Assembly: GCF_045112895.1 (NCBI RefSeq)
Contig: NZ_JBGUIH010000002.1
Location: forward strand, 2,909 to 66,908
Reading direction: 5' to 3'
Origin: Methanobrevibacter sp.
GTDB lineage: Archaea > Methanobacteriota > Methanobacteria > Methanobacteriales > Methanobacteriaceae
Length of the DNA: 64,000 nt
Below are positions 57,701-64,000 of the stretch, in pieces. The translations under genes and the position numbers were made by a program. The notes beneath the pieces were generated by a model. The model did not search any database and was not told where the DNA came from. It worked only from the letters and a program-made list of their open reading frames with translations. The number at the start of each line of letters is the position of its first letter. Positions within the stretch are counted from its first letter, which is position 1.

Positions 57701-57714
57701 ATAGTTTCTAACAT
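51703..57714 (-). CDS. adhesin-like surface protein: signal/anchor, right-handed beta-helix (PbH1-type) region, Ig-like domain, 11 DUF11-type repeats, C-terminal TM anchor
   Basis: 2003 aa. N-terminal hydrophobic FLISLALIFLMFTAVGL. Residues about 150-500 carry repeated N-x-F/A-x-x-G-G-A-h turns typical of beta-helix. There are 11 W-T/I-h-x-V-x-N-x-G-P-x-x-A units, and a C-terminal LIALLIVSALVSIIFG + KKR. Confidence 0.9.
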   Translation of the reverse strand: MLETIQKIAISKTFLISLALIFLMFTAVGLNIDQAYALDLNETDDVSVEVDLEDMMENSQENEIRLSNTQENEILQANSYSLNGGTFSDIQRVIDNADSGDTIKLSGTFVPASADDTITLNKKLTFTSSSKATLNGKKSTAILKITSGGAQSSFSNLKFINGYTDARGAAVRVSAKFITFDNCVFENNFANVTSGAIHTPYKAETAQGLTLKNCNFTKNGAGIAAGAVGAFSHDFKIINCIFDSNYIRGPDALCGGAIQIGLDTEPSYGVVRDCLFKNNIVVTSDGSGHAGAGCVRNGSSYYNCVFINNTADHGGALTYHASGNLNNCTLINNTANVFGGAVSILMDYQDYMDLNITNSVFKGNKAPLGGAVKLDGFNIKIEKSTFDDNYASEYGGAVNIEANNVKIIKSEFNRNIANIDGGAVFIKGNDTTVKNSKFIANEAIPDVKKLNDGLGGAIYVNSTKVLAQNNIFKYNTARNGSAIYFDKHGVEFKLKNNTLYQNQAWVYHLPVSAQDIYYGEVERVSSVIYGGNNIADYDNLAVSNAIYNAANYNKIEIDGEHPVSGATMSGKLYQDDREYNMKILMTVKHEDGTVVYNKTLKSNYLGEVSANLTNLKPGKYYVTAKHFEDNYYKAITNTTVFNVYPKIDNRITKSSNKDSVNYGDLIVWTLSIANNGPNNATGVVVNDLLPDGLIWKSDDSNGKFNPKTGVLKIESLNVGKTFVVNIVTLVNKTGDIVNKANVTGIEFDTNLNNNHDEKSITVPQAADVAVVKKVNVTAPNYGDLVKWTLTVKNNGPDVAHSVKVADVLPGSLIFVSSDGNYNNKTGVWTVGTLGVGKSVKLNIVARVNGTGVIKNNATVSLKEFDYDLSNNFDEAQVGVTSAVDVSVVKKVNVTAPNYGDLVKWTLTVKNNGPDVAHDVKVVDVLPSSLKFISCDLSAYNNKTGVWTVGTLGVGKSVKLNIVCKVDVTGKIVNNVNVTSREFDYDLTNNKDQKAVNVNPAVDVGVVKSANVTSLNYHDLVKWTIKVSNNGPDVAHDVRVVDVLPNSLKFISCDQSAYNNRTGVWTVGTLGVGKSVKLNIVAKADSTGKITNKVNVSSSEFDYDFTNNNDQKAVNVNPACDLEVQKLVNNSNPNYADSIKWIIKVLNNGPNVAHDVKVVDILPKSLIFVSCNGNYNKSNGIWNIGTLNPLASVQISIICKVNATGKITNKVNVTSREFDYDLTNNYDDEQINVKPSADLEITKSVNASTANYTSLVKWTLTIKNNGPNKATGVKVVDILPKGFVYINSTLDKGSYSNNVFNIGNLDVGETLKITIITQANKTGKFVNSANITGNEYDYNLTNNVANKSITINPASDMEVLKLVNNSNHNFRDLVKWTLTVKNNGPDDAHDVKVIDFLPESLIWVSDDSHNKYNHNAGVWNIGTLNKGKSIELNIISRVNATGNITNNAKVSAKEFDYNLKNNKDGKSIVVNNSGDLTIIKTVNDSEVNYGDLVKWTLIASNKGPDKVTGIVVEDALPNGLILLNYTASKGFYDEGIWNVCCLEKDETERLEIICKVNETGHLTNIAKISGNEYDPDLTNNVDNESIDVPSAADIAVLKEVNDDNLFFGDVITWRITVMNIGPDNATDVRVYDELPKELIFNGYVSSRGTYENGVWSLDYLIKGGVEYLNISCYVNGLGTITNNISAIANEYDINMSNNYDNESIDAFPVSDLSIEKSANVSNANYGDIVKWTLIVSNEGLNDATGVIVEDLLPDGLKFISAEGYGIYEAGIWYIGELEVGDFKKLEITSKVVETGDITNFAIVSGNEEDPNPENNEAEDMIHVYPAADLAITKTVSKYQYKVGDLVAYSIKLTNAGPDDALNVKVREIFDKSLILKSVKATRGIFDTSTYEWSIDELAAGGEEKLLLKFEAIKDGVFRNIVNVVSDTFDIDLSNNEDFALVKIVKNPSNNFTDKLTKHKLSKAMNIKHPTPSLGKYSTANLIALLIVSALVSIIFGSGDIFKKR
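51886..55767 (-). repeat. array of 11 in-frame ~112-118-aa DUF11-type domain repeats
   Basis: Protein residues about 650-1943. Hallmarks counted directly: NNGPNNATGV, NNGPDVAHSV, NNGPDVAHDV (x2), NNGPNVAHDV, NNGPNKATGV, NNGPDDAHDV, NKGPDKVTGI, NIGPDNATDV, NEGLNDATGV, NAGPDDALNV. Confidence 0.85.
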
Positions 57715-58176
57715 TGTATTACCTCGAATGAGGACATTTACCTGCTATTAATTAACAAAAGTTATCAATCAGCAATTAAACTTTTTATTTCAAGTTTGAT
57801 TTGAAAATAATAAATCTATACAATTAAATTTGGAAAATAACCCTAATTAAAAAGCAAGCTATGATCTAGTCGCCTTTCACGAATGATTTTTTAATTAAAT
57901 TATCGCCATAATTAAAAATTACCATCCAATTTGAGATGCAGAAATATACTTTTTCAAATCAGCACATAATTTAACCGAAAATAAAAGATAATCTCTTTAA
58001 ATCCTCAAAAAAATTATTGGAGGATTAATTATTTAAATTTTTTGTATTAAATGAATTAAATATCTTTAATTTAAAAAATATGTTGTTTCAAGAGAAATAT
58101 TATATTGAAACGTTGAAAAAATATTTTATTGATGAAGTTGATAAATAATTAACAAATAACATCAAGGAAATAAAAT

Positions 58177-59310
58177 ATGAAAAAACAAATTGCAATACTT
58201 ATAATGGCATTATTAATAATTGCACCAGTTATACAAGACGTATCTGCATCAAAAACCGTCTTTATAACTTCAGACAATATTATAAACCATGACCAAGATG
58301 TAAAATTATTGAATTCACTTAAAGAGTATATAGAAGAGATAAGTGGCGGAGAACTGCAAGTAATTGTTGACAATCAGGCTCCTGCTGCTGGAGAGGGATG
58401 GCGATCTATAAACGTGACAAGTGATGTAAGTGTTGACATTGCCGCATCCGATGCCGGAAACTATTATCAGCTAGCTTCATCAACTGTTAATTCAGATAAG
58501 CAAATTGTTTTTGTAAATATAGGCAGTTATGATTTAGACAACCATTCAAACTTCCTTAGAAGAGCATGGGATGACAATTATTCAAATGAATCCCTTGCCG
58601 GAATGCATGACCCAGGAACATTTCTCAAAAATGCTGGAATTTATTATATCCAGCCGACCAAAGAGTTCCCGGATAATGTTGACGATGGTGTCTTATCCAG
58701 ATATGACGAAGATATGAACAGGCAGATGGCACAGGAAATTGTAGACATCATCAATGGATACGGAAATGATACAAAAGTTTTAAGTAATGAACTGGTTACA
58801 ACAAATAAGCTATCTCCACAAGGAATGGCAAATGCAAGCAAAATGCTTGTTGAAAGTGGTGATAAAGAAATGAACGGACCATATGGCTCATATTCCACCC
58901 CACAATTACTCTATCAAACCAGCGCCTACTTAAATGGAGATGGAATTGACATACCTAAAGAATATGCCGGCCCTGAAAATCCATTGGGAATTTCATTCTT
59001 AACAAAAAGCACATACTCAATATATGACTATTTCAATATGGCAGGCATTGTCAAAAACTATATGGATGAAAATGGAAGAGCTCCTGATTCAATAGAATAT
59101 CAGGGAGCACATATAAGCTATTATGACCTTGTATACAACTTTGCAAAAATTACACAAAATCATACTGATGCAAAACATATGGGCTTTGAAAGCGAATATC
59201 ACTTCGATAAAGTTAACGATTCAATATTATTACATATCTTCCCATTTGTCCTAATATTGCTCGTGCTTTTCATTGCTTATAAATTTTATAAAAAGATAAG
59301 AAGATTCTAA
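58177..59310 (+). CDS. surface protein with signal peptide, pseudomurein-binding-repeat-like segment and C-terminal TM anchor
   Basis: 377 aa. MKKQIAILIMALLIIAPVIQDVSA signal. IYDYFNMAGIVKNYMDENGRAPDSIEYQGAHISYYDLVYNFAKI resembles the PMBR motif. C-terminal FPFVLILLVLFIAYKF + KKIRRF. Confidence 0.55.
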   Translation: MKKQIAILIMALLIIAPVIQDVSASKTVFITSDNIINHDQDVKLLNSLKEYIEEISGGELQVIVDNQAPAAGEGWRSINVTSDVSVDIAASDAGNYYQLASSTVNSDKQIVFVNIGSYDLDNHSNFLRRAWDDNYSNESLAGMHDPGTFLKNAGIYYIQPTKEFPDNVDDGVLSRYDEDMNRQMAQEIVDIINGYGNDTKVLSNELVTTNKLSPQGMANASKMLVESGDKEMNGPYGSYSTPQLLYQTSAYLNGDGIDIPKEYAGPENPLGISFLTKSTYSIYDYFNMAGIVKNYMDENGRAPDSIEYQGAHISYYDLVYNFAKITQNHTDAKHMGFESEYHFDKVNDSILLHIFPFVLILLVLFIAYKFYKKIRRF

Positions 59311-59343
59311 AAGGATAATGAATAAAATTAACGAGGAAAAATC

Positions 59344-60027
59344 ATGAAAAGATATATATCAGAATTAATAGGAACAATGGTTCTTGTATTATTCGGTTGC
59401 GGAAGCGCCGCAATAGCCGGATCAGTGCTAGGTACCGTTGGAATTGCATTGGCATTCGGTCTTTCCATTGTTGCCATGGCTTATGTAATTGGTGACATAT
59501 CAGGATGCCACATCAATCCTGCCGTTTCAATCGGAATGTGGATTGATGGAAGATTAGAAACAAAAGATTTGCTTATGTACATTGTATTCCAATGTATCGG
59601 TGCGATAATAGGTATTGCTCTTTTAGTAGCAATCATCAATTCAATTCCAAACCTTGGAGGATATGCCGTAACCGGACTTGGCCAAAATGGATTTGGAACC
59701 GCATCAAGCGTAGGCATCAATGTTGTGGGAGCAATCATTGTTGAAATTATTTTAACATTTGTATTTGTATTTACCGTCCTTGGCGTTACTAAAAAAGCGG
59801 AAAACAGTGCTGTTGCAGGTATTGTAATAGGTTTGACACTTGCATTCGTGCATATCATGGGAATTCCATTAACCGGAACTTCAGTAAACCCTGCACGTAG
59901 TTTAGCACCTGCGTTATTCCTTGGCGGACAAGCTTTAAATCAGGTTTGGGTATTCATTTTAGCGCCGATTGTTGGTGCAGTAATCGCAGGTTTGCTATAC
60001 AAAGGATTAACCTTAGAGGATGCTTAA
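59344..60027 (+). CDS. aqpM: aquaporin (MIP family, AqpM-like)
   Basis: 227 aa, six TM segments, two NPA boxes (HINPAVS and SVNPARS). Confidence 0.9.
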   Translation: MKRYISELIGTMVLVLFGCGSAAIAGSVLGTVGIALAFGLSIVAMAYVIGDISGCHINPAVSIGMWIDGRLETKDLLMYIVFQCIGAIIGIALLVAIINSIPNLGGYAVTGLGQNGFGTASSVGINVVGAIIVEIILTFVFVFTVLGVTKKAENSAVAGIVIGLTLAFVHIMGIPLTGTSVNPARSLAPALFLGGQALNQVWVFILAPIVGAVIAGLLYKGLTLEDA

Positions 60028-60048
60028 ATCCTCTCCCATTTCTTTTTT

Positions 60049-60738
60049 TTAAATCTTAATGCTGCCAACGTAAGTATGGCCTTTGATATTTTCAAAATCA
60101 GTTTTTTTATAGAATTCAAAAGTGTCCTCATTAGCCACATACATATGCGCTAAAGCTATTCCAACATCAATAGGATTCCATTTTTTAACGATTTGTCGTT
60201 TTAGGATATTGTGTTTTACCTGATAGACATCAAAACCGTCAGCAGAGTGTTTGAAATACCATGGCTGCATATTAATGGCTGACGGTGCAAGCTGTGCTGG
60301 AATCAAGCGTTCATCCCCCATATCGGAAATTTTAGACAAATGTTTCCTTTTGAATTTGTCCCTACTTCTAGTAAAATCATCAGATTTACCAAAAGCTATT
60401 GAAATTACAAAATCAGAACTTTTCTCTTTAGGTGCATCTATTCCAACCCAACAATTGCCAATGCCTATGCTTTGAAGATATAGGCAAAGCTGCTGGAATA
60501 TAAATCCCATATCAATATAATTTTCTTTTCTATCTGCAAATATTGCTAAATAATAAGGAGCAGAAAAACGATTGTGGTTATTGACATCATCAAGAGTCAA
60601 AATCTCATAATGATAGTTAACACCCTCATTTAACTGTTTAACTCTATTCATGAAATCATGTATCAGATTCAAATCTATTTCATCATCCAGATATTTTCTA
60701 CAGGATTTCCTAGTGTAGATTTGCTTTTCTAGATTCAT
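60049..60738 (-). CDS. nitroreductase-family protein
   Basis: 229 aa. N-terminal IYTRKSCRKY and SAINMQPWYF motifs of the nitroreductase fold. Confidence 0.75.
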   Translation of the reverse strand: MNLEKQIYTRKSCRKYLDDEIDLNLIHDFMNRVKQLNEGVNYHYEILTLDDVNNHNRFSAPYYLAIFADRKENYIDMGFIFQQLCLYLQSIGIGNCWVGIDAPKEKSSDFVISIAFGKSDDFTRSRDKFKRKHLSKISDMGDERLIPAQLAPSAINMQPWYFKHSADGFDVYQVKHNILKRQIVKKWNPIDVGIALAHMYVANEDTFEFYKKTDFENIKGHTYVGSIKI

Positions 60739-60780
60739 TAAGAATATTCCTCCTTATTAAAGTTTTAATGGATTACTGGC

Positions 60781-61362
60781 TTAACAGTATTTGCTGTATA
60801 ATTCATCCAAAGCTTCCGCAAGCTCATCTCCAGTTAGCAGCCTGGAATTGTAGCCGCTAAGACTATTCTCATCGAGTTCATAATAGGTAACATTAAGGTT
60901 TCCCATGTCAAAAGTAACGTTCTTATCAAAAACCAATTTTCCATCCGCATCATAGAGTTTTACTTCCTGAACACTGACATTTTTGAATCCTTCAATTTCA
61001 TTAGCGCCTAAACGTATGCCCTCAGATTTATTGGATGATGATATAATATCATCGATATCAGCCCACCCCTCGTCTTCTTGGATAAATGAACCGTTAGCAT
61101 CATAAATGGATGTGTTTAATGTATAATTTGTCATATTATCTGGCAATCCTTCAAAAATACCATTAATGCGATATACTGTAAATATGCCATCATCATCAGT
61201 GAAAACAACACAGTCAGAATCTGTGGATTCATTTGTCAATGTGATATTAGAGTTCAATTCAGCATTGTTGTCAGCAAACATGTCAAATATGCCTGCACTA
61301 ACGCAGGACATGCTTAATACAACCAAAATCAAGCTTATAATCAAAATATAACTTTTTTTCAT
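60781..61362 (-). CDS. secreted hypothetical protein
   Basis: 193 aa. Signal peptide MKKSYILIISLILVVLSMSCVSAG and many N-x-S/T sequons. I recognise no family. Confidence 0.55.
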   Translation of the reverse strand: MKKSYILIISLILVVLSMSCVSAGIFDMFADNNAELNSNITLTNESTDSDCVVFTDDDGIFTVYRINGIFEGLPDNMTNYTLNTSIYDANGSFIQEDEGWADIDDIISSSNKSEGIRLGANEIEGFKNVSVQEVKLYDADGKLVFDKNVTFDMGNLNVTYYELDENSLSGYNSRLLTGDELAEALDELYSKYC

Positions 61363-61521
61363 TATTCATCACCTGTGTATTGGATACTTTATTCAAATAA
61401 ATATAAATAGTTATAATCCTCATGACTAACCTTTCAGAATATGGCAAAACAACTAATTAGTTATCAGAATTGAGATATTATAAATAATACCTAAAAGATA
61501 CATTATACATAAGGTGAATAT

Positions 61522-62199
61522 ATGAAAATTGTTGTCGCAATTGGAGGATCTATTTTACTCAAGGAATATGATTGTAAGAAATTCCAAGAATACAGCGCTA
61601 TCCTAAAAGACTTAGCCGAAGAACACGAAATATTTGTTGTTATAGGTGGTGGAAAACCTGCCAGGGAATATATCAGCGTAGTTCGTGATTTGGGTGCCGG
61701 CGAAGCACAATGTGATGATATTGGAATTGAAGTTACAAGAATCAATGCAAAATTAATGTTGACCGCGCTTGGTGATGTGGCATATCAAAGAGTGCCTCAC
61801 AATTTCCAGGAAGCCTTGGAATTCTCAGCAACTGGAAAAATAGTTGTTATGGGTGGAACCGAACCTGCACACAGTACTGATGCAGTATCAGCAATCCTGG
61901 CAGAATACGTTCAAGCGGATAAGCTCATTAACCTGACTTCCGTTGATGGAATGTATACTAAAGACCCAAATAAATTTGATGACGCTGAACTCGTTCCTGA
62001 AATTACCGCAACTGATTTGCTTGAATTCTTAAGCGGCAAAGACGTGAAAGCCGGAACATATGAATTCTTCGACACCACTGCAGTGCAAATGATTAAAAGG
62101 TCAGACCTGGAAACCGTTATCACAAACGGTTTTGAACCTGAAAACCTAATCAAAGCGGTTAACGGCGAAAAGATAGGAACCAGAATCATTAACGAATAG
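61522..62199 (+). CDS. pyrH: UMP kinase (archaeal type)
   Basis: 225 aa. [12 protein letters not shown] and [12 protein letters not shown], the amino-acid-kinase fold typical of archaeal PyrH. AAGGTGA SD. Confidence 0.9.
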   Translation: MKIVVAIGGSILLKEYDCKKFQEYSAILKDLAEEHEIFVVIGGGKPAREYISVVRDLGAGEAQCDDIGIEVTRINAKLMLTALGDVAYQRVPHNFQEALEFSATGKIVVMGGTEPAHSTDAVSAILAEYVQADKLINLTSVDGMYTKDPNKFDDAELVPEITATDLLEFLSGKDVKAGTYEFFDTTAVQMIKRSDLETVITNGFEPENLIKAVNGEKIGTRIINE

Positions 62200-62204
62200 G
62201 TGAT

Positions 62205-62996
62205 TTGGTGGATAACCTTATTGATATTGGCTTAAACTTGATGCACTCTTCATTTAAAAAGGACCGGGTGGAAATCATCGAAGAAGCCAAAAAAGTTGGC
62301 GTTAATCAGTTCATCATTACAGGAACCAATGTCCATTCAAGCCACATGGCTGCAGAATATGCTTCAAAATATCCCGGAACCCTGTTTTCAACATCAGGAG
62401 TTCATCCCCATGATGCGAAGACATGCAATGGACATACCATGTTTGAACTTGAAAAGATATCCAAAAATGACTGCGTTGTAGCCATTGGCGAATGCGGCCT
62501 TGATTACAATAGAAACTTTTCACCGCAGGACCTTCAGAGAAAATGGTTTGAAGCCCAGGTCGAAGTTGCTGAAAGGACAAACATGCCCCTGTTTTTACAT
62601 GAGCGGGAAGCACACAAAGATTTATATGATATCCTGAAAAGACATGACAGCGTCATTGAAAAATCCGTTGTTCACTGTTTTACCGGAACCAAACAGGAAG
62701 CGCAGAATTACGTTGATTTGGGTTGCTTTATTGGAGTTACAGGTTGGATCTGTGACATGAAAAGGGGAAGAGACTTGCAGGAAGCTGTAAGCGTGATTCC
62801 ACCTGAAAAACTGATGATTGAAACCGATGCACCATTCCTGATACCGAAAAACTTTGAAAAAAAACCTAAAAAGAACAGGAACGAACCTAAATATTTACCT
62901 CACATCCTCGAAACAATTGCAATGTGCATGGGTCTTGATGCAGAAGACCTTGCAGTTCAAGTTACTAAAAATACAAAAGAATTCTTTAAAATATAA
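62205..62996 (+). CDS. TatD-family deoxyribonuclease/hydrolase
   Basis: 263 aa. LIDIGLNLMHSSF, AIGECGLDY, PLFLHEREAH, VVHCFTG and IETDAPFL motifs. The start is TTG 62205 or GTG 62208, directly after a TAGGTGAT that contains the pyrH stop. Confidence 0.9.
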   Translation: MVDNLIDIGLNLMHSSFKKDRVEIIEEAKKVGVNQFIITGTNVHSSHMAAEYASKYPGTLFSTSGVHPHDAKTCNGHTMFELEKISKNDCVVAIGECGLDYNRNFSPQDLQRKWFEAQVEVAERTNMPLFLHEREAHKDLYDILKRHDSVIEKSVVHCFTGTKQEAQNYVDLGCFIGVTGWICDMKRGRDLQEAVSVIPPEKLMIETDAPFLIPKNFEKKPKKNRNEPKYLPHILETIAMCMGLDAEDLAVQVTKNTKEFFKI

Positions 62997-63008
62997 GGAG
63001 ATGAAAAA

Positions 63009-63200
63009 ATGGCAGTAGAACCTCATAAACATTGTCCGATTTGTGGAACCCCGATTCCACTTAATGAACTTGTATGCTCACCAGATTGTCAAAAAGTCTG
63101 GGACGCAAGATTAAACCAAAGAAAAAGATCACAGATAATCCTATATATAGTAATTGCAATATTCTTAATAATCTGGGCAGTAATGACCTTTATGAAATAG
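63009..63200 (+). CDS. DUF2116-type zinc-ribbon protein with C-terminal TM helix
   Basis: 63 aa. [12 protein letters not shown]...CSPDC followed by [27 protein letters not shown]. Confidence 0.7.
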   Translation: MAVEPHKHCPICGTPIPLNELVCSPDCQKVWDARLNQRKRSQIILYIVIAIFLIIWAVMTFMK

Positions 63201-63210
63201 AGCGGTAAAA

Positions 63211-63534
63211 ATGATTTTAACATCTTCCAATACATTAGAAAACAAAAAAATTATAGATTACAAAGGGCTTGTAACAGGAGAGTCATTAATCGGCGCCAAT
63301 ATATACAAAGACATATTTTCAGGTGTTCGTGACGTTGTAGGTGGAAGAACCACAAGCTACGAAGAGGAACTAGAGAAAGCCCGTGACATCGCCTTTCAAA
63401 GCATGGAAGAAAAGGCAGAAAGCTTAGGGGCAAACGCAATAATAGGGCTTAAGATTTCTTATGACAATCTTGGAGGTACCATGGGAAATACAATTCTTGT
63501 AACCGCATACGGTACCGCAGTAAAATATGAGTAA
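63211..63534 (+). CDS. YbjQ-family (UPF0145) protein
   Basis: 107 aa. [23 protein letters not shown]...GGRT.SYEEEL.KAR..A...M...A..LGANAIIG is the classic YbjQ pattern. Confidence 0.85.
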   Translation: MILTSSNTLENKKIIDYKGLVTGESLIGANIYKDIFSGVRDVVGGRTTSYEEELEKARDIAFQSMEEKAESLGANAIIGLKISYDNLGGTMGNTILVTAYGTAVKYE

Positions 63535-63535
63535 A

Positions 63536-64000
63536 ATGAAAATTAAAGGCAAAGAGATTGATTTTACAGAATTCATTAAATCAGTCATATGTATTGGAAT
63601 AGGTACTGCAATAGGGCTTTATGTATACTGGCTCTTTTACGTAAACCATATAGCCATTTTAGGATATAATTTAGCACTTATATTTGCACCCATCATTGCA
63701 GGGCTTATTGAAACAGTCTTAGCAAACAAGCTTCTTGGCAGAAATCTGGGTGCCATAAGCGCAATTATCCTTTTTGTTGATACGACATTCCACAGCTTTA
63801 TTTTGAAAAATCCATCATTAGGAATGAACTTCATTACTGCAGGAACCATTGTTGTAATACTTCAAGCAGCATTTCCAACTGTGATAAATTATCTTATAAT
63901 AGTAGCTCTTAGTGCATCAATATCTAATTTTAAATGGATCAGGAACACCATTAGAAATATCTTCAAAAATCCTGACCCTGAGGAAACGCCTGTTGGAGAA
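63536..64000 (+). CDS. membrane protein, 3' end cut by window edge
   Basis: Not in the track. Own translation from ATG 63536 is open for 155 codons to the window end: MKIKGKEIDFTEFIKSVICIGIGTAIGLYVYWLFYVNHIAILGYNLALIFAPIIAGLIE... At least 4 hydrophobic helices. Confidence 0.6.
   Translation, partial: MKIKGKEIDFTEFIKSVICIGIGTAIGLYVYWLFYVNHIAILGYNLALIFAPIIAGLIETVLANKLLGRNLGAISAIILFVDTTFHSFILKNPSLGMNFITAGTIVVILQAAFPTVINYLIIVALSASISNFKWIRNTIRNIFKNPDPEETPVGE

Noticed and set aside
1-64000. tRNA, rRNA, RNase P or SRP RNA genes
   Set aside because: In a ~31% GC genome these would appear as 70-300-nt GC-rich islands in intergenic DNA, and none is visible. The only GC-rich patches are coding (YhgE repeats, ABC permeases). 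I could not run tRNAscan or Infernal, so small or unusual ncRNAs cannot be excluded.

Overview
AT-rich (roughly 30-33% GC by eye) archaeal chromosome segment, almost certainly from a Methanobrevibacter-like member of the Methanobacteriales. Supporting markers are thiol:fumarate reductase TfrB, AqpM, indolepyruvate oxidoreductase with PaaK/ACT, archaeal NAC, SepF, a 2003-aa beta-helix/DUF11 adhesin-like protein, a pseudomurein-binding-repeat protein, and AGGTGAT-type Shine-Dalgarno sites. I call about 70 protein genes, including 4 short or edge-truncated ORFs missing from the supplied track, plus one gene remnant and several hairpin+oligo-T terminators. I found no rRNA, tRNA, CRISPR array or intact mobile element. 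The left ~9 kb looks accessory: a GHKL ATPase with STAS-like partners, MarR-MATE, a Gram-positive-type tarIJ CDP-ribitol operon, and paralogous methyltransferases flanking a CofE-like gene. The most system-like and least explained locus is the coupled operon at 10611..13221. It encodes an NYN RNase-domain protein, a membrane-anchored protein with a GGDEF/Cas10-Palm-like cyclase core (GGDD motif), and a small basic membrane protein. This could be a nucleotide second-messenger module in an archaeon. Second is an ExbB/ExbD-like/DUF2162 trio coupled to an FmdE-like protein and a FecCD-type ABC importer, in an organism with no outer membrane. All family assignments come from motif recognition by eye and from memory. 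No searches were run, and identity percentages are eyeball estimates.
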